Assembly (NCBI GenBank): GCA_003344405.1
Contig: NOWV01000020.1
Span: 372,001-436,000 of the forward strand
Source: Trichoplax sp. H2
Lineage: Eukaryota
Length of the DNA: 64,000 nucleotides
Reading direction: 5' to 3'
Positions 52,357 to 64,000 of the stretch are shown here, piece by piece. A model generated the notes under the pieces. That model was not told the origin of the DNA and did no database searches. It saw only the letters and a program-made list of their open reading frames with translations. Every line of letters starts with the position of its first letter. Within the stretch, counting starts at the first letter, position 1. The position numbers and the translations under genes are program-made.

Positions 52357-55159
52357 GTTTGATTAGTTCTTCTGAAACAATTTTTCATTTAAAAAAGAGA
52401 TCTTATAGCAACTTTATTAAATTTCAGATACGCTAATTAATAATGATTGTAGTTCCATGAAGTTTTAAGTTCAGTGGTATTGAAATTCTATAAAAATACT
52501 GTAATTGATAACAATTGAATAGTAGCTTTAGTTAGGCCGAATATATTGTAAATCTTTTATGATTTGATAACCTTAGGAGTCAGTCTAGATTTATTGTCTA
52601 TATATCATATTTTGCTAAGTTAATAGTCTGCATAGCTCAATAAAGAAATTGTATTAAAGTATAACGTAATTAATAAATTGACTATAAGTTAACTCAATAC
52701 TTTATCACTTTATAGGCTGGTTACAGGCGAGTACCATCAATTTGAGCGCTAATGGATAGAACTGTGTATAATTTACGTCAAGAATAGTTACAGTGAATTA
52801 TTCCAAAATTGCTTATCAATTATGGTAACCACAGTTAGATATCTTTGAATACGTAAAGATACCTATTGACTCGTGTAAAATTACCTATGTAAAAAAAAGA
52901 CCAGAATGCTAGGTGTATCTGATGAGATTGGATTAGCTCGTGATTATAAAAGAATATTTAAGATCGTATAGTCGTTAGCGTTATCGTTTAATTTATATTG
53001 CTGTAATCAATGTAACATTTACGATTATAGTAATTAAAGTTGAATATTCACAGTATTTGTTACGTTTTCAATTTTATGATCAATTGCATAACTTTGTCTG
53101 GTTGTAGTCATGATTTATTATAATGACAGTTTTTTACAATAGCAGCGTCACTGAAATTCTTATCAATAGTCTTAGTTTTACGAATTATTAAAATTGATTG
53201 CCAATTGGGGTATCTGCTTAGAGAATAAAATGTCTAAAATCAGTAATAAATTTTGGTATAGACAATTTCTTGAAGCGGAGTAGTTTTACGATATTCAATA
53301 ATTTGTTTAATGTATTTAAATCATAATGAACATCTAGAATTGTATTGAGGTGTAAAGGGAAGATTTTTTTTACAGCTATTGAAACAGTTCTAATATAGAT
53401 TATCCGTGAGGATGGAGGTTGATATAATACGCGCTTTCTCTCGTCTCAACATACGAGTATCCAGTACTACCACATAGTAATATACGTAGGGTTATTTCAA
53501 TTTTGTTAAACAATATATATCATAATATGGATATGATAACTTAGTGTTCATTTTTTCAAAATCATTGACATGGATGTTCAGTATTTCACCTTTTACGGTT
53601 TTCGCAGAAAAATTCTTTTTGTACCGGAACGGATGATTATATTAAGCAGACTAACTATTTATACAAAAGGTTGAGAGTATATTAGGGTTATATTAAACAA
53701 CAACGTTTTTTTGAATTAGAAGACAAGCTATCAATTGTTTACTTATAATTAAATGATATGTTTGTGACCTAGTCTAAAATTGTACCATACTGCGTCTTTT
53801 ATAGCGAAGTTAATGGTCAAATTCATCAAGTGTGGTTTACAATACATGACTGAACGTACGAATAAGTTACAGTGTTGTATGATAAGTTATTGGAAGCTCT
53901 TTTTTTTGTATATTGCAACTAACAGTGGATGAGTAGAGATCCTTCTTTAACTAATTTGAACGAATGAAAATGATAATATATTGTAGAGAAAAGACGATAC
54001 AGTCTCTTTTTATTTTTTATTTTATGGGGATAAACTGGGCAAGTTGGTATAAACTTCGACAATGTATATCGTTGATTGTGTACGTTTCTAGAGTGTAAAC
54101 ACTACAGTGGAAAGAATACTCATATGCGCTACCGTCTAGAAGAAAAAGATGCAATTGAGCATTACGTATACCATATGTGATTGAAAACTTTAAGTAAAGA
54201 CTTACCACATCGATTTAGAATTGGAAATCAAGCTTGAATATTGAGACCAATTCCGTTAAGGAGTAATATCATCGGTTTGCTATTGATTGAGTGCAATTTT
54301 TTGAATGGCTTTGCCAGAAATAAGAAGGAATATCATTTAAATTATCATCGACGTTAATTCAGTCATTATAGTTTGATAATTATGTTGAGGTGTACATGAA
54401 TGGGTTGGTATAAAATGTAATCATAGTACTATGCGTAGATTATATTACGGTCGTCTTTAGCATGGATGCAGATAGTGTGGGTAGCTGGCGTCTCTATAGA
54501 AACCATATGACGTCACTGAGTGATTAAAGTGTACGCGTATGCTGTCAAGGCAAGCGAATTTTCTCTTAGGACAAGTCCTGGATGCTGTTTACCATTGATA
54601 TTTAATAAGCTACAGATCTCCATTCTATTTTCGGTGATGGAGTAGAGTACTATACAGTAGAATGACAAGGGAAATGAATGGCTCTCCTAATTTTGGCACT
54701 AAACGGCCACTGCACACCCCCTTCTCTCTTTGTAATTAGTCCCTGATAGGACCATTATTACAAATGAATTGGAGAAAGAATTTCACTGTAGCCCCTTACG
54801 TTATAGTTCTATTCTGCTTCCAGTAACCAATTGTACTGATATTGCGCTATAGTGACAGCTGGTAGACACAGACTTGTAAAGCTGTTGCTAGTTTGTTATG
54901 ATTATGTTAAGGAAGGGAGCAATGGAGCCTTGATCAAAAGTGATGCTACCGGTGATGCTATGTCATTTTAGTCCATACTTTATTGTACAAAAAGGGATAT
55001 GAATCATGATTGTATTAACGTAAACGATTTGTGCTACCTCATGAAATTATAGGCGGTCTGTACGCAAACGATACTAGTGTCCGTCAGAAAAGCGATGGGC
55101 TGAGCTATAGCTCGCTCCATCCATTATTTCGGTTCCCTTTTTTACTCTTTAGAATGTAG

Positions 55160-56345
55160 AGCAGTACTGTATGTAAATCGCTAGTACAGTGAGAATGATG
55201 TCAGCTCAGTCAGCATGATGCGCCTATTTCAAGGTGCACCACACACGTACAGTATAACTACTGTAGCGTAAAAAATTTTTGGCGTATGACGTCTACTGTC
55301 GTCCAGTCCAGCCAGTCTAGTGATCGTTGACTGTTGACTACTAGTACTACTCTATTGACGGTCAGGGGCTTGCGAGTCGTGGTCTACATGGTAACACGAT
55401 GCGCAGAATCATTTCATACGGCAGCCACCGTACAGGGCTACAGTACAGTATGTACATGTACTGTACAGTATGTTGCAGAGGTGAGCTTACCGTATGGAAC
55501 AGTACTTAATGTACTGTACTGTACTGTACTCTGAATCTTACCAACACCGGTAAGATTTAGTATGTAATTGAGGTGAGCCTACTGTAGTATGGACCAAAGC
55601 AGTCGTTGTCCCTACTGTAGTATCGTTGTCATTGCAACCAGCCACATTGACAGCAGTACCTATTACTGGAGACGAGTGACATGCACGGCACGTCATCTGC
55701 TATTGGGGTGACTGTACTGTACTGTACAATACACGACTTCACCACAGTGGCTCGACCCACCATCGATTGACCGGCTGATGGAAGTCACAGCAAACCTCAA
55801 AGTAGGACTGTAGCATACTGTAGAGGGTAGAGTAGAGAAGAGAGTAGGAAGAATATCTCAGTTCGTATTACTGAAGACGAGTGACATGCATGGCACGTCA
55901 CCTGCTGTTGGGATGACTGTACAGTACTGTACTGTACAATACACGACTTCACCACAGTGGCTCGACCCACCATCGATTGACCGGCTGATGGAAGTCACAG
56001 CAAACCTCAAAGTAGGACTGTAGCATACTGTAGAGGGTAGAGTAGAGAAGGGAGTTGCAAGAATATCTCAGTCGGCGCCTGGCTCTCACTCCACCAACAG
56101 CGCGAAAGACAGACACACAGTGAGAAAGGACTTGAAAAGTGGAAGCCTTGCGGCAACTCCTGCCAGTCAACGACGAACATATCGACTGCAAATTGTGGAC
56201 AAACAAGCGTTACTGAATATCAATCCAGTGAAATTTTCCGCCTTGACTCTATCTTGAATCCGCCATCTTCTTTTTCTTCAGTCAACTTGACCATTAGGCA
56301 ATTCTCTATGTGATAAAATCGCCTAGTTGACATTGTTGTTGTACT
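55160..56345. promoter_or_regulatory. Probable divergent promoter region between KIF17 (-) and CNOT4 (+), GC-richer and TACAG/CTGTA-rich
   Basis: Lies between head-to-head genes, has higher GC/CpG than its flanks, and contains runs such as gtactgtactgtactgtact. Confidence 0.55.
55661..56072. repeat. Near-identical tandem duplication of about 205 bp
   Basis: Copies at 55661-55862 and 55866-56072 share a long identical core (tacaatacacgacttcaccacagtgg...gtagagtagagaag). Confidence 0.95.
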
Positions 56346-59300
56346 ATGTCCAACGAACAAAATGAAGAAGTGGTTGAGGTGAGCAAAATGACAGTCAGTT
56401 ACTTTGACCGAAATGCATTCTCATACTGTAGGCTATCCTAGTCGTAAAGTAGACCAATGTATGCTATACTATACAATACTTTTGATGTGAGGATGGCTGG
56501 AGTGCAACCCCCCTCCAAAAATGCATGATGGCGTAGTCGTTAGTAACTTTGCACTAGATGGGCTAAAACCTCTGCAATGAGGATAGCAAAAAGCAAATGC
56601 AATTCATTTTCTTCTTTTACTTGAGATGATACATGACCAATGATGGATTGCTTACTGTAGTCACTGTGCATAGAAAGTAGGCAAAGGACGGTAGAACGGA
56701 TTCCTCTCTACTCTACTCTACACTAGTTTCTAGTGACAATGCATTTGACATAAATAAAATGGAGCCGACGGTCATCTCCACTGCATGGCTTAAACTCTCT
56801 CCAATCCAATTGCTATGAATCAGCTTTTCCTCCTTTGGCTCAACCATACCAAGCAATCGATTATTGTATTGGCTGTCAATAGAGATCGATTACAAATACA
56901 TCAAGTTAACCTTTGACTCTAAATTATACCCTAGTTTTTACAATTAGCATGGATCAGAGTAAAAGCATGACTGGATAATGTAGTCATTTCGACCTTGTAA
57001 GCTAATTTTTTTTCCTGCCAAATTGCCGTGGCTAGGTCATGAGGCAGTTTTCCTCTTCAACCAAAGTTATACCAATCAATCAATGATTATACTTGCTGTC
57101 TATAACGATAGATTGCAAATATAAGTTGATATGCCATTTGCTGATGTAGAAGTGATCATTATTTGTTATCGTCATCATCATCATAAGACGCGTAGAATAG
57201 TACGAAAGAGGAAAAGCATTATTTCATCTTGCAATATTTTTTTCTCTTCTCTCTCTCTCTTGGGCGTTCATGCTTTAGTGCCCATTGTGCATGGAACCAT
57301 TGGAGGATGATCTAAACTTTTTTCCATGTCAATGTGGCTATCAGGTAACTACAAGTCAATTTTCATACTGATATCATTCATTTCAACTTGATAATATCAC
57401 CTTCATTTATCCATAGATTTGCGGTTTTTGTTGGCACCGTATACGTACCCATGAAAATGGATTATGTCCCGCTTGCCGACGTGTAAGTAAACTAGAAATG
57501 AAATCGGTTACCTATCCTAGCCGTAACTATGTATTGCCTGTTTCAAACTGCCATACATGAATACAGAAATGTGCAAAATTTCTCACTAACGATACCATAC
57601 TTGGACAGTCTATTAGCATTCTATCCCTGACATAGATTTCGCTTACAGTACGTCAACACACCACCACATTCAACGTAAACAATTAGTGTTATTTTGCAAT
57701 TGCTTTCCTAGATCGATTTCTATCTTGACAAATTCATGTCCAATCTGTATCAACTCATGTCTTTCTACTTACTGTTGACTAACCAAATACAAATCAAACC
57801 TATACTATGCAGTCTACGTACATGTAAACATAGATAGCTTGGACTATGACTTTCATATTTTCCTGCTACATTAGCACTCCATGACTATCAATCAGATATC
57901 ACTTTTTGGGGAACTCTTCAATTTGGGTAATCTATCATCATTCCATGACCAAAAAGATCATTTACATCATCATGTAAAACTTTCGATAAAGTACCGACGT
58001 CCAGCGTGCGTGGAATTCAATCTTGCTATTGTTACTAAATATGGGTTAATTAATCCTGAGAGGTTATAAGATTGATAGACGTCATATCGTGTGAGTAATC
58101 TACTCATGTTCTGAACTATATCCCAGAGTGATTCTGTACTCTTCTGATATTCATGAGTATAATCAGCCTTATTCTCCTTTGCTTTCATTTCTGATCTACA
58201 GCTCTACAGGACGGCGGTATATATCTACTATATTTCATCACATCATGTATACGTATCGTCTTTTTCAACCCTATTCGCAATTGTTTTGACTTGACGTTGT
58301 GAGATTATTGCCCTGCCCGGTTTAGGAAGTAGGATGAGTGACGGAATGACTAGTTACGGTGCTAATGTAGTACTTTAGCAATCGATGGTGGAGTTAACAG
58401 TGGAAAGGAAAACACCTTGACATTTTTTCTTCCTGGATGAAAAATGAGATTTAACGATCAAAAGTTATCGTCTCGAGTGTGTACTGCACTCAACCGATAT
58501 GACTTTACGTAAGCGCATTAGTCCATGGAGCCTTGTCAACTGTTATCATAAAATTGTTCTGGTGTTATTTGTGGTATGTACATCGATGTAACATCCGTAT
58601 TATTTAAGGCAACATTTACATTGTACACTATACAGTACTACATTGTATAGTAGTATATTCTTTTATTTTGAACATCATGTACAGTACAACGTTAGAGTTT
58701 AGTTGATACACTGCGATCGTTCTTGCTGGCTTACATTATTTATTAAAAGAAATTTCTAACTACTGCCAATCTAGTACTTGTACATAGCTGTGATGATATT
58801 TGCTCAATCATACTCGTAAACTTGCATCAAGACTAGTACAGTACTTCTACATGGATAGGTATTGGTACTTATTCTATCAAGTTTGAAAAGATTTTTTTTT
58901 ACTTCTGCCAAAACTAGTATTATGCATTTGTCAATCATGCAGTATTGAAGAACAACTTTCAAAGACTAGTACTTTTACATGATGTGATGCTGGTATTGTT
59001 TCAATCATAGATACGAATTATAATTTGACTTGGGCAAGACTGCAGGAACCAACATAATACTTTTACTGTACTATCGACGTAAGCGAAGAGAAGTAACCAC
59101 GCTCTAAATTTGCGCACTTCTAGACATTGGCATCCATTTAGTTGGCACTCAGTTTTATTTCCATATTTGCAAGAATGACTTTAATGTAGTATGTAGCTAG
59201 AATAAATTGAAATCAAATTTTGACTTTAATGATTATGATGAACCTAGTTTGATAATCATCAGACAATAACGGTTGTTAATCGTAGTTGTACAATTAGGGT

Positions 59301-62300
59301 TACAAATCAAATTCACTATTGTGAGAACTGTATTGTTACAATCGCAAGTATTAGCCTAATTTGTAGACATTGACCATGTCTTTTGCCAATCATAATTGTA
59401 TAGTTGGACTTACACAATTCAATCTAGATTGCAAGAACGAATATGAATCAAATGTTGACGTTAATGACAAGGACTTGCCCAATTTTGTATTATCAATTTT
59501 ATAATCAACTTTATTTACACTATAGATAGAGAATAATTATAATCGATTCATGATCCAATATCGATCTGTCATCTGTCTATCATTTTTTACCTTTATGTCA
59601 TTAATTATAATTATTGATCCGGACATTTACTGACTCTGTCAAATGCACTAACGTTTAAATGGAAGAATCTAACTTCACAGTAATGCCATTCTATTGATAA
59701 AAGTCTACTCATAAATATATAATTAGAAAGACATTTCCGTTGTACGTCATCTGTATTTCAATATTACATTAAAATTCAAATACGTTGGCATGAAATCATC
59801 AATGCAGTTGCCTATCCGGCTTTAGCGAAAACACAATATCAGCACTGAAAGTGCGTATAGTAGATGGAGTATTAATCACCTGATTTTAATATCGACTGTG
59901 CTGTGTTATCATCCTTGATAAAACTGTAGAAACATTAGTTATAACTTTAATTTTAGCAACGGGCATAACCTGTAAGGATTGCTCAAATATTCGATTACCT
60001 CTTTATGCGCGTATATCTTCGCCTCTCTCACTACATCAATGGACTGCATTTGTTTTTTATGCAAGCCCGAATTGAGATCCCATATGAATATGCTATTCAT
60101 GTGCCTAAACATATTTTTGCATAACTTATCAGGGGTAGTCTTATTCAATTGAAGTAGTATACTCTGAATTTAATTTATAAATTTAATTCTTTCATCATAG
60201 ATACTAGACTATACTGACAGGAAATATCGATAACTTGCTCAATTAAAGATTGTGAAATTGTAGATGTAATAAATGTTGTGACGTATTGTCAAAAGTTATT
60301 CTTGAAATTCCGGTTGTGTTAATCATCCAACTTTGAATTTTTATTGCAATGTACCTCAATGATTGTAGGCCTGCAGTAAATTTTATTTAATTCAAGGTGT
60401 CATTTCAATAAATGAATAGAGCAATAAAATATTTTGTGCTAAAGTATCATATAGAGAGCTATTTCCATTATAACGTAAATCTTTTACTTCCCTGATATTG
60501 ACAGTAACTTATACGCATATTCTCTCAATTGCTGTAACTCCATTATACAGGATTATGGGTTTGGGTTCCAAAAAGGTTCTGAATTAATTATTATCAGTAC
60601 GGTAATCGCTTTTACGGTGTTTCAAATTTGTACTGCAATTCTCGACTAATTTCATAATTAAATAGATAATAAAACTAGTGATGTTGCCAATTGTGAACAA
60701 TTAATAAAGTAACGTATAGCCCACTAAATAAGTCCAGTGTCATATATTAAATATTTAATTCTGACTACATCATATTTACTTGTATGACATACTGATAATG
60801 TACAATACATTGTTTGCGCCTTTTTACATTGCTATACGCATACTCTTTGGAGATTTGCATCTTTTCTTAGTTATTGTACGATAACAGGCTTCTCTTGATA
60901 ATATTTTTGCGATATTTGTCATGGCCTTTACTTCTTTTCTTACAGTAGACTTTATTATAATAATAGCAATGTATGTGAAACCTGAGACGATTGAAAAAAA
61001 TTAATAAATTAGATACATTAATGCGTTATCGTAATTGATTTAATGCTGTTTACTATGCGTCATTACAAGCAGTAAATTAATGCTTGTAACTTTTCGCTTA
61101 AAACTTTATTAGACTTATTCTGAAGATGTGGTCAAGTTTAAGCCGCTGTCTGAAGAACAGTTAAGTGATAAAGGTTTAACATTGTGATGTTATTATATGC
61201 TGATAATTAATTAATGTGTGTATAGCGATAGAAATATACAGTTGATGTTTAACACTTGCATTCCTACATAAATGTAAATGTGTTGATGTGTTACGAGTGG
61301 TTTATGATTGCGTTGATTGTTATCTCATGCATTATTGGCTCATTTAATCGGCTATATCTTAGGATTAAATCTATGAAGAAAGATAAAAAGAAAAAAGATC
61401 ATCAAAAGAAGCAGAAACAAGATGAATCCAGAAAGCATCTAGAAAAAATGAGGTACTACTATAACGGCAAATGATACACTTTATGATATTTGATTAGCAG
61501 AAATTAAATTTGAACTTATACTTATTAGTTGTAATACTAGTTTATTATTTTGCCGATAATTCCCTACACTGTTTACGTATTGATTACTGCTTGGCATTGA
61601 CTGCAATACTGTACGGAATATTCGCTATTATGTACTAATATGTAATCTTATTATATTGATTAGAGTAATACAAAAAAATTTAGTGTTTGTTGTTGGTCTA
61701 TCACCACGTATTGCGACCGAGGAGGTAAAATTGAAAGTATATTATAAAGTGATTTTGACAGCTTGTGAATTTAATGGATATTTTTGGATAATTATTAATT
61801 AATTTATTATCAATTTAATATTATATAAAGGTCTTAAAAAGTAAAGAGTATTTTGGTAAATTTGGTAAAATAACACGTGTTGCTATTAACAGTAACACGT
61901 CTTACGCACAAAGCCAGGTAACAGTAGAATAGGAATGTACAAATTTTTTTCTCTGTACTTTTATAAGGGTAATTTTGATCAAAAAGATGTAAATAATTAG
62001 ATGATATTATCCATTAATGTATTCATTTATGCTTATTTTAATCATATACCGACAGACGCCAAGCTTAAGTGCCTACATAACATATACTAGAAATGAGGTA
62101 AGATTAAATATCTACGTATAAGAATTTAAACTGTTTTTATGTTGATCGGTTGTAGTAATGCCTCGAAATACTGCCAAATTTCTTACAGGATGCACTGGAA
62201 GCTATTAAAAATACTTCCGGTTTGATTATTCATGGTAGAACAATTAAGTATGTTATCATTCTTTTAATTTACCGTTAAAAAGAATATCACTATACTGTAT

Positions 62301-64000
62301 ATGGGTCTATAATATAACGATAGTAAATTTTAAATACTTTACTAACAATGAATACAACAACTTTTCAGAACGTCTCATGGTACTACAAAATATTGCAATT
62401 ACTTCTTAAAGAATATTCCTTGCACGAAATCGGTTTGTTCTAAAATTATGGCGTAGCTTTATTATTGAATATGAACTATGAACCAATTCCTATTGATATC
62501 TTGTAGGATTGTCCTTTTTTGCACGAGCTTGGTGATGAGTCATGTGTTTTTACTAAAGATGATGTTCAACAAAGGTAATAAATAGAATTACATATTCTCA
62601 TGTATATGATAATAACAATTTATCTAAAGAAGCGTTATGACTGATAGGAAACATCTAGAACACTTAGGTATAAGCACGTATCATTCAAAGCATAGGTTGG
62701 TTTTAGAGTTAAATTAAAATTTAGTAAATGTTAGATGGGAAATACAATAATGGTAATATATATAGTTATCTTAATCTGATAGTACGTTAAGTATTTGTTG
62801 TTACGAAATTTGCAGTCAAGTTCGTGAGCGCAAGATTTCAGAAAATTCTGATTGGCCTGATAATAAGGTTTCAATCAATTACCATTTTTGACTTTTTGCG
62901 TCTTTCAGTATGTCTAAATTTTCATTTCCTATCCATAATTAGGAAAAGATAATTACGGGAAAAGCCGTGCAAGGTAATTTTTACTATTAGTTATTAATCT
63001 ATTAATTTATTATACTCGTGCATTAAACAAATAGACGCAATTGCATTTATAAGTGTGTAAATAGTTGGCATCATTTGCTTTATATTTATTTCTAGATGAC
63101 GTGAACACGGAGAATTCACAACCTGAAAATCGGTCTCTAGCGTAAATGACCTTATTTAGTGGTGATAAGGGTGATTCTATACCACGTTTAGATCTAAAGA
63201 TTTGATTTCTGTTAGGGTTATTTCGGAACAAATTAGCACGAAGGTTGTCACTGAAGTATCAGAAAATTATGAAGAGGAAATAGAAATGAAAAGTGATGTA
63301 CAAGTAGAAAAACCAACGAAGGGAACAATTTCCCAGAATAGTTATGATAAAGCTGTGGGCAGTGGAGCCCCTAATAAACTTTACAATCCTCCTTATATGA
63401 ATATTCGTACAACTGGCGCAGTTCCATCCCAGTAAGTCATTCTCCTTTATATATAGCACATTTATAAATACGGGTATTTTCTTTATAATATTGTGTTAGT
63501 CGTGTTATTTGTGTCGATATCACAGTTCTACTTCATAAAGTTAGTAAAGTTACGTAAACAGAATTGACCAGGGTCTTATTCTATGTTAATCGTCACTTTT
63601 TGCCAAATTTATAGTGTAAACTTGTATGCTAATAATGCAGATGAGGATTTAGGTATGTAATCAAACTTTTACATGCTATCTAAATAGATTTCTTTATTAT
63701 ACAGTATGAATTTTGAAACATTAATAATGAAATACGTAATGATTTTTGGTTAGATTTTGACCCTTGGAATGAATCTAATAAAGGCTTTGCAGACTTACTC
63801 TTACTTGGAAGTAATAATAATGTGAATAACAAACTGCCAGTTACAGTTGAGCACGAAAGAAATGGTAACCTCTATGAAAATGGAACGACATCTATGCTTG
63901 GTTAGTATCATGCTTTATCGTTGTATATTGTAAGATTAGAGTGTACATGTCTGACTTCTACGAGATAATCCCGTTAAATTGTGTCTATGTTAGGTAATAC
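56346..64000 (+). CDS. CNOT4: CCR4-NOT subunit 4 (RING E3 ligase, RRM, C3H zinc finger); 3' end beyond the window
   Basis: Exons: MSNEQNEEVVE (56346) | CPLCMEPLEDDLNFFPCQCGYQ (about 57279) | ICGFCWHRIRTHENGLCPACRR | TYSEDVVKFKPLSEEQ (about 61113) | ...RVIQKNLVFVVGLS | EYFGKFGKI | SAYITY | SHGTTKYCNYFLKN | DCPFLHELGD | ...DEDLDFDPWNES. Confidence 0.95.
58760..59010. repeat. Degenerate short tandem repeats in CNOT4 intron 3
   Basis: ctagtact..tacat..tgtgatg..tcaatcat motifs at about 58771, 58832, 58913 and 58964. Confidence 0.55.

Noticed and set aside
46626..56206. Cys/Thr/Val/Tyr-rich ORFs at 46626, 47077, 55334 and 55949
   Set aside because: Produced by TACAG/CTGTA low-complexity repeats and the 205-bp duplication.

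Overview
Eukaryotic, AT-rich, intron-dense animal genomic DNA. Short GT-AG introns, metazoan orthologues and base composition suggest an early-branching animal such as a placozoan (Trichoplax-like); this is inference only. Hand-spliced gene models: (1) a PDZ-domain gene, minus strand, running off the left edge; (2) a RASEF/Rab45-type coiled-coil + Rab GTPase gene, minus, with non-canonical switch-I/G3 motifs and no visible EF-hands; (3) a 15-exon minus-strand gene (42849->31176, about 2,900 aa) joining, in frame and through canonical splice sites, a SEC14/CRAL-TRIO + spectrin-repeat N-terminus (Trio/MCF2L/PLEKHG4/SESTD1 type), a single 6-kb exon encoding about 2,000 aa of low-complexity sequence, and a complete but divergent actin-fold domain; (4) kinesin-2 KIF17, minus; (5) CNOT4, plus, divergent from KIF17 and running off the right edge. 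Non-coding DNA holds many unrelated degenerate tandem arrays (units mostly about 60-200 bp), a foldback element, TACAG/CTGTA-rich promoter-like islands and a possible decayed Ca2+/cation-exchanger pseudogene. The SEC14-spectrin-IDR-actin fusion, and its possible fused/unfused splice switch, is the most striking candidate for an undescribed system. All gene models were read by eye and lack transcript support.
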